Under the pieces are notes generated by a model that had not been told where the DNA came from, did not search any database, and saw only the letters and a list, made by a program, of their open reading frames with translations. From positions 3,264,001 to 3,328,000 of the forward strand of contig OZ244561.1 of assembly GCA_965217585.1 (NCBI GenBank): a stretch of DNA of 64,000 bases, given 5' to 3'. Of the stretch, positions 56,751 to 64,000 are shown piece by piece (position 1 is the stretch's first letter; each line of letters starts with the position of its first letter). This stretch comes from Candidatus Latescibacterota bacterium (lineage in GTDB: Bacteria; Latescibacterota; UBA2968; UBA8231). Position numbers and translations under genes: made by a program.

Positions 56751-57607
56751 GAAGCTGTTGAGTTAAAAGCTATTTTGTATGTTATTTGTCTCAATGGCTC
56801 TTTTCGATAGGAGGCTTGTGTTATGCCTGGGTATCCCAGTGACGTGACCGATGCAGAATGGGTTTTGCTGGCTCCTTTCTTTGCTCGCCCTGACCCTCGG
56901 GGCAACCCCGGCAAGTATGCCAAACGCGAGGTGGTCAATGCCATTTTATATGTCGTCAAAGGGGGTATTCCGTGGCGGATGCTGCCGCTTGATTTTCCCC
57001 CCTGGGATACCGTCTATGACCATTACCGACGCTGGAATCAGCGTGGCGTGTGGGAACAAGCCCTGGACGCGCTGAATGAGCGCGCCCGTCACAAGCAGGG
57101 CAAAAACGAGCATCCGACCTATGCCTTGATCGATTCGCAATCGGTTAAAACCCAATATGCCAGTCAGGATCGAGGCGTGGATGGGGGAAAAAAAGATCAA
57201 AGGACGTAAACGCCACCTCGCCACCGATACGCTGGGTAATATGCTGACCGTCCAAGTACATGCCGCCAATGTGGCCGATACTAGCCAAGGATGGGACGTA
57301 TGTGATCGGGTCGCGGAAAAGTATGATTCGGTCGAAGCCTTCTGCGGCGACCAAGGCTATCGCGGTACCACCGTTGAATTCGTTGAAAACCTGTTGGGGT
57401 TGCGACTCGATATAGCGGATAAACCAACCCAAGGGTTTCAAGTGGTGCCCAAACGCTGGATCATCGAACGAACCTTGGCTTGGTTGGGTGGATTTCGACG
57501 CTTGGCCAAAGACTTCGAAATCCTCACCCAATCCGCAGAGAACATGATTCGTATTGCCATGATAAAGATTACGGTCGCTAAATGCATCTGAATAACTCAA
57601 CAGCTTC
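56751..57607 (+). mobile_element. IS5-family (IS1031-like) insertion sequence
   Basis: TIR GAAGCTGTTGAGTTA; 3-bp TSD TAA. Confidence 0.9.
56823..57591 (+). CDS. IS5 transposase in two frames (probable programmed frameshift)
   Basis: YPSDVTDAEW, IDSQSVKT / KIKGRKRH, RWIIERT; G5-A8 run at about 57183-57195. Confidence 0.88.
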
Positions 57608-57927
57608 TAAGGGGACAGGCACCTGAGCATTTGATGCCAGGGTAAGAGCAAAGGTTTCTCGGGCACAGAGATAACCATCATGTTTAGACTCTGCGCCTTT
57701 GTTTACAATTTTAAGAGACAATTCTTGTTCTGAGTCTTCCAGAAGAAGCCTATATAATTCATTGGGGCCGCCTAGCGGAAATTGCTTTAGCTGAGATACT
57801 CGAACGTCTGGCAGATCCTGCATCAATAGTTCTTGTACTTCAGATGATGATAATCTGAGTCGTTCACGAGATAATCCTGAATAAGCCCGAGAAATGGCTT
57901 TCAATTGATCTTCTGAGAGAAATTCTA

Positions 57928-58899
57928 TCATGCCAGAGTGCCAATGCGATTCAGCCAATTCCAACCCGCAATTTTCCGCAGCAACTCCATCCTCTCCGGG
58001 ATGTGATAGTTCAACAGCAGTCGTCGCAGCACAGCTACTGTTAGAAACCACCGGAGGACGCCGTCTTCCCCAATGGGTTCGGGCTTGTCTGTCGTTGCTA
58101 TATACGTCTCGACAAATTGCTTGGCGAGGTCCAGCGATACTTCGGGGAAAAGACATTCCCGACCTCCGAACTGGAGTGACGCGAATGCCACATCGTAGAG
58201 CGAGTAGTCAATGACAGCCATGTCGAAGTCCCACACTGTGGCGATCTTCGACTCCCATATCCGCAGGTTAGCAGGGCGGTAGTCCTGGTGCGTGATCGAC
58301 CGCATTTCCCACTCATCGCATAGTGCCTTCACAGCGGTGGCGTTGGATTGTACGAAGCGGAGCTGAGATTTAAGGAATGCTGTGTCATCCTCACTTAGCT
58401 CGTTCCACCGGAAGGCTCCAGCAATTTTCTCCGACGATTCAGCCCATCGGGTCGAGGGTATGTAGTACCAACCCAAGTCCTCTCTTTCTGATTCGGCTTG
58501 GAGTTTATCCCCGTATCTGCGACCTGCCGAGTGTAGCGCCGCTAGAGTCTGGGCTGCCTCAGTAATCAGATCACGGGAATCCCACGGAGGATGCTCGTCG
58601 GATGGCATGTAGGGGTTCAACACCCACCAGTCTTTCCCTCCCCAATAGCAGTAGCTTCCATCTAGTGTCTGCACCGGCAGTGAAACTTGTCTAAAACCGT
58701 TGTTCTTGAGGACTTCCATTAGCTGGAACTGATAGCTCTTTACCATTCTGTCTGCTTGGAACCGAGAGCAGGACAGGACGAATTGCCCCTGAGACGATTC
58801 TATGAAGAAATGGTTGCTGAAATGCGCCCGCGATTCAACCAACCGCAGATTAGTGAGACCGTAGGCGGCGGTGGCTATGTCGTTCCAGCGATTGTCCAT
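57928..58899 (-). CDS. Phosphotransferase (APH/homoserine kinase II-like)
   Basis: LAALH, HQDYRPANL, WDFD, YDVA. Confidence 0.85.
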   Translation of the reverse strand: MDNRWNDIATAAYGLTNLRLVESRAHFSNHFFIESSQGQFVLSCSRFQADRMVKSYQFQLMEVLKNNGFRQVSLPVQTLDGSYCYWGGKDWWVLNPYMPSDEHPPWDSRDLITEAAQTLAALHSAGRRYGDKLQAESEREDLGWYYIPSTRWAESSEKIAGAFRWNELSEDDTAFLKSQLRFVQSNATAVKALCDEWEMRSITHQDYRPANLRIWESKIATVWDFDMAVIDYSLYDVAFASLQFGGRECLFPEVSLDLAKQFVETYIATTDKPEPIGEDGVLRWFLTVAVLRRLLLNYHIPERMELLRKIAGWNWLNRIGTLA

Positions 58900-58917
58900 G
58901 GCGGACTCGGAGAGCGC

Positions 58918-59175
58918 TTAGCGTTTTGCGAAGCAGAAGTTGGCCCGGTTATCTTCGGGGATGTCGGTCAGAAAATACTGGATCTTAAAGTTGAGCGGGC
59001 GGCTGTCCTGCGCAACGCGGAACTCGCGCAACGAGGCACCCCCGTCGGTATGCCAGTCGAAAGGCATGTCCCCACTGGGATAGCGGACGTAGATCACCGT
59101 GCCCATAATCTGGAGATAGGGACCCATCAGGTCGACGATGACGCCGAAGGTGTTAGGATGGTCGACAAAAGGATG
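58918..59175 (-). pseudogene. Internal fragment of a PhyH-family dioxygenase
   Basis: VDHP..FGVIVDLMGPYLQ, WHTDGG, KIQYFLTD; both ends missing. Confidence 0.75.
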
Positions 59176-59182
59176 ATTCAGT

Positions 59183-60112
59183 CTACGGTCTGTCCAGTCG
59201 AGAGACTATAGCGCATATCTCAGTCAGGAAGTCTGGTACCCAGGTTTTGGATATAGGAATTGCGTCCAAACCAAATTCAAAGATCCATTGCAGACAGTGG
59301 ACGCTCCAGCAGAGGCCACCCATGTCAAGGTGCCAGTCTGTAACTTCCTCCTGTATTCCTTGATCTTTTAGCGCAGACCTGTAGGCACCGATTAGTGTTT
59401 CCCGAGAAATATGTCGGTCTTTCCCTTCGTTAATCAGGCAATAAAGATCTCCGAGGTGAGGGCTTATACGCGCATTTGCCCAATCGACGGGAACAATGCG
59501 TCCGCTGACATTTAGAAGATTCTTGGCGTGATAGTCATTGTGATTCAGTGTGAGGGGAAGCTCTTGGTATAACCGGTCCAAGTGTCTTGAGAATGAGTTG
59601 ACCTGTCTCCCTAGGACATGAACCATTTTCCGGTGCTCCGAATCTGCGTACTCAGTCACGTAGTCAAAGTCAAGCAGAAGTTGGTCTTTGGTCAGCAAGT
59701 GCCTTTGAAGATCAGAATCACGGATCTTGCCGATCCTGTCTGCAGAAGCCCGAATATCCGCGAGCTTGTGGGCTGCCTCTAGGAAAGTTGACTTTGACGG
59801 CTGTTGTTCGAGGTCTGAACCTCTCAGATCCTCCATAAGCAGGATATACTCAGAATCGCTCGCGTAGCTTGCGAAGACAGTCGGTGCATCTATGGCGAGA
59901 GGGATCAGACACTCTCGGTAGATCTCCAACTCCGTAGGGCCTTTAGTGGGAATTCCCCGCTTGGCGATTAGGGTACGGCCCTCATCGTCTAATGTTAGCC
60001 GAAACACTTGCGAAAGAGACCACTCCCGGAGAGGATCTACACCTACGACTTTGGCAGGTTTGAGAGAGTCGGCAATCAACTCCAACCAATCAGGAAAACG
60101 ATTCGAGGTCAT
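59183..60112 (-). CDS. APH-family phosphotransferase
   Basis: LLMEDL, TLNHNDYHAKNL, VDW, DL. Confidence 0.85.
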   Translation of the reverse strand: MTSNRFPDWLELIADSLKPAKVVGVDPLREWSLSQVFRLTLDDEGRTLIAKRGIPTKGPTELEIYRECLIPLAIDAPTVFASYASDSEYILLMEDLRGSDLEQQPSKSTFLEAAHKLADIRASADRIGKIRDSDLQRHLLTKDQLLLDFDYVTEYADSEHRKMVHVLGRQVNSFSRHLDRLYQELPLTLNHNDYHAKNLLNVSGRIVPVDWANARISPHLGDLYCLINEGKDRHISRETLIGAYRSALKDQGIQEEVTDWHLDMGGLCWSVHCLQWIFEFGLDAIPISKTWVPDFLTEICAIVSRLDRP

Positions 60113-60136
60113 CGTCTGTAAATAGGAGTTGGATGT

Positions 60137-60202
60137 TCTCTCCGTTTCAGGGCTAGATGCGCAGTAGGTTGGGCACCGGAGCCGCAGCCCGGCGTGTTAA
60201 GC
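60137..60202 (-). other. attC site (R' decayed)
   Basis: Minus strand GCTTAAC (contains the upstream stop)-ACGCCGGGCT...CCCAACC..GCGC..AGCCCTGAAAC. Confidence 0.65.
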
Positions 60203-60814
60203 GCTGGTGCAGCTTCGTGGAGTCAGCCTCGTACGATTGTTTAGCTGACTTCCTTCCTGACACAGGTCATGGGCGATCTTATTCCATTGGGAGAATTCGC
60301 ACTCATCATCTGCGTTCTCTCCCCCATAATGAAGGAACACTACATCCTTCAACGCTTGGTCTTCGATTACCTTTCTTGCCCGAATTACGCCTTCACGAAG
60401 ACATGGATGATGTACCTTCCACCACCCGTTGACATAGTAAGCCGTCCAGAGATAGTCGGATACAACTGTGACCCTTTCTCCTAAGACGGTGTTTTCCAAA
60501 CCGAGAATGACTCCGTCGAGTTCGGCGACTACGTTGTTGGCTAGGGTTTCTCGGTAGCCCGTAATTCGGTGCTCCTCAACGCCAAGACGGACAATCGCGG
60601 CTGCAAACCTGCCACCGCCGCCACCATCCGTGAAAATCCACGTCCGGCCTGGTTCCATCGCATTGTTGAGATGGAATCGAAAGGGCCACTTTCGTCCCTC
60701 GCGCTCTGCAGTCGATGGTCTCGTTGTCTCGACTTGAAAAGGAAATCTAGCGTCCATTTTCTGGTCAATTCCTACGCGTCGAAAACGCCTCTCAGGAGGT
60801 TTCGATCTCTCCAA
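60197..60814 (-). CDS. RNase H-like protein (start uncertain)
   Basis: IFTDGG, NNVVAELDG, VVSDY acidic triad. Confidence 0.7.
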   Translation of the reverse strand: MERSKPPERRFRRVGIDQKMDARFPFQVETTRPSTAEREGRKWPFRFHLNNAMEPGRTWIFTDGGGGGRFAAAIVRLGVEEHRITGYRETLANNVVAELDGVILGLENTVLGERVTVVSDYLWTAYYVNGWWKVHHPCLREGVIRARKVIEDQALKDVVFLHYGGENADDECEFSQWNKIAHDLCQEGSQLNNRTRLTPRSCTSA

Positions 60815-60825
60815 AGATCCTACGG

Positions 60826-61683
60826 TTAATCAAGGCGTTCGTGAAGCCAGTTGAGTATATCCTCGCTGTATTCTCTTGGCGGTAAATAATGTTCACTTTC
60901 ATACCAGATCTGCTGCTTGGGTTCTGGCATTGCGTTATAGAGCTCTTCGCCCAATTTACGACCATCCCCGGTCGCATTGACCATAAGTATTGGTGCGCTA
61001 ACTCGAGGGGCGAAATTCAGCGTATGGCTAAATCGAGCAAATGCATGATCTGTCGCCACTCCCGGCCAAGCACCGATTACGGTCAGAACGACAGTAGTGA
61101 ATCGGCTTTCAAGACCCGCTACGAGAGTACCGAAATAGCCGCCCATGCTCCCACCCATCAAGGCCACCTTGGTCGTGTCCACTTCTGGACGGGAAAACAA
61201 AAAGTCAATGCCCCGTCTCTGGTCGGTCACGGATTGAATGTTATCGCGGGCCACTTGTCCAGCCTTTTTCCGTTCGCCAAAGCCATAAAAATCAGCGACC
61301 AACACACACCACCCCTCGCGCGCGAGAATATCCATCCACTCGCGCTCCCAGTCCCCGTTCTTGCCCCAGAAATCGTTGGCCCCGTGAAGCAGCAGAACGG
61401 CTGGATAGCGCGTTGCGGTAGAATCTTTGGGATGAGTAAAGTAGGCGGGCACGCGCTCATTGTGAATACTACTAAATTCCACTTTTTCGATAATATACGG
61501 CAGCCTATGAGGCCAAACGCCTATAACAGATGTGTCCAGAGGCTGAGACTGGTCGTACCCGTAGTGGTCGGCAATCGTTGCGAACACCTCTTCGGATACA
61601 GGCTGACGATTGACAGCCACCTGCGGCTGGGCTTGGAGATTTGCTGAAACGGCCAAGCCCCCTAAAATCGGTAGGAGACGCAT
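60826..61683 (-). CDS. Exported alpha/beta hydrolase
   Basis: Signal peptide; LLLHG, GFGER, GGSMGG, D/H near the C-terminus. Confidence 0.85.
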   Translation of the reverse strand: MRLLPILGGLAVSANLQAQPQVAVNRQPVSEEVFATIADHYGYDQSQPLDTSVIGVWPHRLPYIIEKVEFSSIHNERVPAYFTHPKDSTATRYPAVLLLHGANDFWGKNGDWEREWMDILAREGWCVLVADFYGFGERKKAGQVARDNIQSVTDQRRGIDFLFSRPEVDTTKVALMGGSMGGYFGTLVAGLESRFTTVVLTVIGAWPGVATDHAFARFSHTLNFAPRVSAPILMVNATGDGRKLGEELYNAMPEPKQQIWYESEHYLPPREYSEDILNWLHERLD

Positions 61684-61988
61684 TTTATACACCTTTCTGT
61701 GGCTAATGGGGATTGAACAACTGTTGGGAGAACATACACTCTTTTTCGGTAAAGTTTTCCGATGCTGCGTAAATCGGGTTTACGTCTTTTGCCCTCCCAT
61801 TGATACCAAGCCCATAAAGGCAAAGACGTATTCTCAGACTCAGATTCTATTCGGTGTTCCATTTTCTTTGCCATCCACCTATAAGCATCGAGACACAGAT
61901 CCAATGAATATCTCTGATCGGCGAAAAGCACTTGTTCCCGCTGCAAGATCTTCCAAGCAGCAATAGATTGAATCGTCCAAAGCGTCAT
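61662..61988 (-). pseudogene. Truncated DUF3841-like gene
   Basis: MTLWTIQ...AYRWM..KM...PLWAWYQW..KPDLR, then similarity is lost. Confidence 0.65.
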
Positions 61989-62050
61989 AATTTGCGGAAT
62001 TTTGGTTTTTTTAGGGGTTTGAGCTAGGCCATACCAGTTAGACAAAATGC

Positions 62051-62827
62051 TCACGCGACCTCTGCCACCATCCACTGCATGGGGCGCCGCCGCATGACCC
62101 GTTTAAACGGGAGATTCCCCGGTTCAGCAAGGAAGCAGAGAATCTCACCGGATGTGGAGGGCAGTATCATTGCCACATGGAGGCCGTCGCGCCAGGTGCA
62201 CGGCCATTTCGGAGCGCCTAGCACAACGAGGTCGCAGTTGGACTGTACATGGCCATCGCGGATGAGCGGCTGCATCGTTGTGACAAACGAGATGTGCGAT
62301 GGCCCGTCAGTGGTATCCTCGGCCAAACCGAACAGTTGGCGGACTCCTACCTGAACCGAGTGTCCCCGCCGGACATGCTCTTTCAGTTCCTCCAGATTAC
62401 CGCGTACTCCATTGCCATCGGCATCGTGTTCGTAGACCGTACGCCAGCGGTCGCAGATAAACCACCGATATATCCCGTACGGATAGGCCTGGCTCTCATC
62501 CACGCGCACATCACGCCACATCCACTTCACGTGGCAGAAGGTTCCGGACTCGTCGTATTTGAAGATGCTGATGTATGGTTGCTGTATGTCTTGGCCGCGG
62601 TGTACATAGCTATGGTGGTGGCTCATGAGTCCTGCAAACGCGCCACCCACACCGGCATAAGTCTGCTGGAAATAGAGCGTTTCCTCGTACCGATCTGTGG
62701 TCATGTAAAGCCTGAGATCTGCGCCTCGGCGTACCCCTGCCGCCAACTCGGACACCGCGCCATAGGATGAGGTCAGGTCCGTCTGCTGTTCAAGGGCAAG
62801 CGTCCAGTCGTGTCCCATTGTTCGCAT
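62051..62827 (-). CDS. Hypothetical protein with internal two-fold repeat
   Basis: TAATG coupling to the PhyH gene; repeat W...E.......G...EL...VRRG. Confidence 0.7.
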   Translation of the reverse strand: MRTMGHDWTLALEQQTDLTSSYGAVSELAAGVRRGADLRLYMTTDRYEETLYFQQTYAGVGGAFAGLMSHHHSYVHRGQDIQQPYISIFKYDESGTFCHVKWMWRDVRVDESQAYPYGIYRWFICDRWRTVYEHDADGNGVRGNLEELKEHVRRGHSVQVGVRQLFGLAEDTTDGPSHISFVTTMQPLIRDGHVQSNCDLVVLGAPKWPCTWRDGLHVAMILPSTSGEILCFLAEPGNLPFKRVMRRRPMQWMVAEVA

Positions 62828-63633
62828 TACTGGCTGAGGCACACCCGTTGCTGAGTGGCAATTTCCTTTTCATGGGTATAGTGCGCCGATTCGACCAATT
62901 CGCGCGTTTCGGGTGCCAGCCGCTCTTTGACCGCCGCCGGAATGGGGCCGGCCTGGCGGTGGTGTGGCCGGTAGCGCAGCGTCAGCACCCGGCGCTGGCG
63001 GTCGGCGGATTTCCAGGGCAGGACCCCGTGGGTCATGCATTCAGGCATAACCACCACATCCCCGGCCGCGGGCGTGATATTGATGACCCCCGGCGGTACC
63101 TCCCCTTCGATGAGACCCTGGGAAAATAACTGCGGCGGCCGGTCAAACTGGACTTTGTGCGAACCCGGCACCACTAGTAGCCCGCCATCACCGGGATGCA
63201 CATCGTCCAAGTAGGGAAACGCCACAAAGTCGTCGCAGTAGATACGGCCCTGGCGTACCTCGTAACGGGCGCTCTCAAAGCCGTAGTCTTCGCGGGCGCA
63301 GTGCAGCGGCACCGCCTCGGTGTGTCCGTCGGGATCGTCGACCATCAGGGTACCGCTGGCGAGCATGGGTTTGCCGTTGGTCAGCTCCAGCACGATGGGC
63401 CAGACTGCAGGCAGAAAGACCAGCTTTTCTAGCGCCCGGTCGAAGGCGAAGCCGTGAGCAAAGCCCTTGAGATTTTTTGATTGTCCGAAATGCGGCGGCA
63501 GGTCTTCCGGTGCGCTGCCGATGTAGCGCCTGACGGCCTCCGAAGCCGCATCTAGTTCCTCCGGAGTCAGGGCGTTCTTCAGGTGCAGAAAACCGCATAG
63601 ATCAAAAAGATAGCGTTGTTCTTCGGTCATCAT
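62827..63633 (-). CDS. PhyH-family dioxygenase
   Basis: YLFDLCGF, LHCA, DGGLLVVPGSHK, AGD...PECMTHG. Confidence 0.85.
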   Translation of the reverse strand: MMTEEQRYLFDLCGFLHLKNALTPEELDAASEAVRRYIGSAPEDLPPHFGQSKNLKGFAHGFAFDRALEKLVFLPAVWPIVLELTNGKPMLASGTLMVDDPDGHTEAVPLHCAREDYGFESARYEVRQGRIYCDDFVAFPYLDDVHPGDGGLLVVPGSHKVQFDRPPQLFSQGLIEGEVPPGVINITPAAGDVVVMPECMTHGVLPWKSADRQRRVLTLRYRPHHRQAGPIPAAVKERLAPETRELVESAHYTHEKEIATQQRVCLSQ

Positions 63634-63747
63634 CGTCAGCCTTGCCTTTCGTCAGAATAGCGAACTTGGACCCCGTTAGAATCAAAGAAGCTGTTTTCCG
63701 TTGTTGTCATAGTCCCACCTATAGCATGATGCTATTTATGCGAAACG

Positions 63748-63776
63748 AAGGTACATCGCTCGGTACACAGTCGCAA
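63748..63776 (-). promoter_or_regulatory. Promoter of the cassette-promoter family, copy 5
   Basis: Minus strand TTGCGA-CTGTGTACCGAGCGATG-TACCTT(CG), same layout as copies 1-3. Confidence 0.6.
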
Positions 63777-63921
63777 TCGCAACGAGCGGCCAGATCCCTA
63801 GATGCGGCGGGCTACGCGGCGGATGGTTGACGCACTGGCACACATGGGGCCGTCCCTCCATCCGGCGCTTCCTAAACTCAGCACTTGCACAACGCGTTTG
63901 TTGACGTTAACAGTTCTGTGG

Positions 63922-64000
63922 GGCTTTGGTGCATGAATCGGTGTTTTTTCGGTTGCTCGTTTGAATAAAAACAGGCTCCTCAGTAGATTGAGCACGACTC
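63922..64000 (+). mobile_element. Left end of a second IS903-group copy
   Basis: Identical to the sequence starting at 17560 (GGCTTTGGTGCATGAATCGG...) up to the window edge. Confidence 0.9.

Larger units (their letters stand above)
56007..57931 (-). pseudogene. Aminoglycoside-phosphotransferase-family kinase interrupted by IS5
   Basis: Removing the IS restores VPVPLVYVSHPDG..GRPYFVTE; QADIDPKNIL, VDFD. Confidence 0.85.

Noticed and set aside
56007-60112. Calling the kinases and GNATs antibiotic-resistance genes
   Set aside because: Only superfamily motifs are visible; no recognisable named resistance gene.
1-64000. Integron integrase, reverse transcriptase, tRNA or rRNA
   Set aside because: No tyrosine-recombinase (R-H-x-x-R-H-Y) or YxDD RT ORF and no cloverleaf or rRNA-like tract was recognised; small degraded remnants could be missed by eye.

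Overview
Bacterial accessory region, GC-rich host genes mixed with AT-richer foreign DNA. (1) 1-7729: right part of a type-3 BREX locus (pglXI, pglZ, brxA). An ABC/AAA ATPase and an unknown 342-aa partner sit where brxHII normally lies. (2) About 11.5-35.5 kb and 42.7-46.2 kb on +, and 49.9-64 kb on -: eroding integron-type gene-cassette arrays. They contain about a dozen attC or attC-derived sites, several cassettes whose ends are 10-11 bp exact complements, and up to five dispersed full or partial copies of a conserved promoter/attI-like module. No integron integrase is visible in the window. Cargo includes a HEPN-like protein, an OLD-like ATPase/TOPRIM nuclease, NUDIX, GNAT, HAD, VOC, Stf0 sulfotransferase, LanC-like, APH-like kinases, RNase H-like and toxin-antitoxin remnants. 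(3) Seven complete IS elements with readable TIRs and TSDs, one IS end at the right edge and one IS remnant; several hit att sites or gene 3' ends. (4) Host-like catabolic genes (PhyH dioxygenases, enolase-superfamily, CocE/hydantoinase/D-aminoacylase operon, DegT operon). No rRNA, tRNA or CRISPR array was seen. All protein calls come from motif recognition by eye, not database searches.
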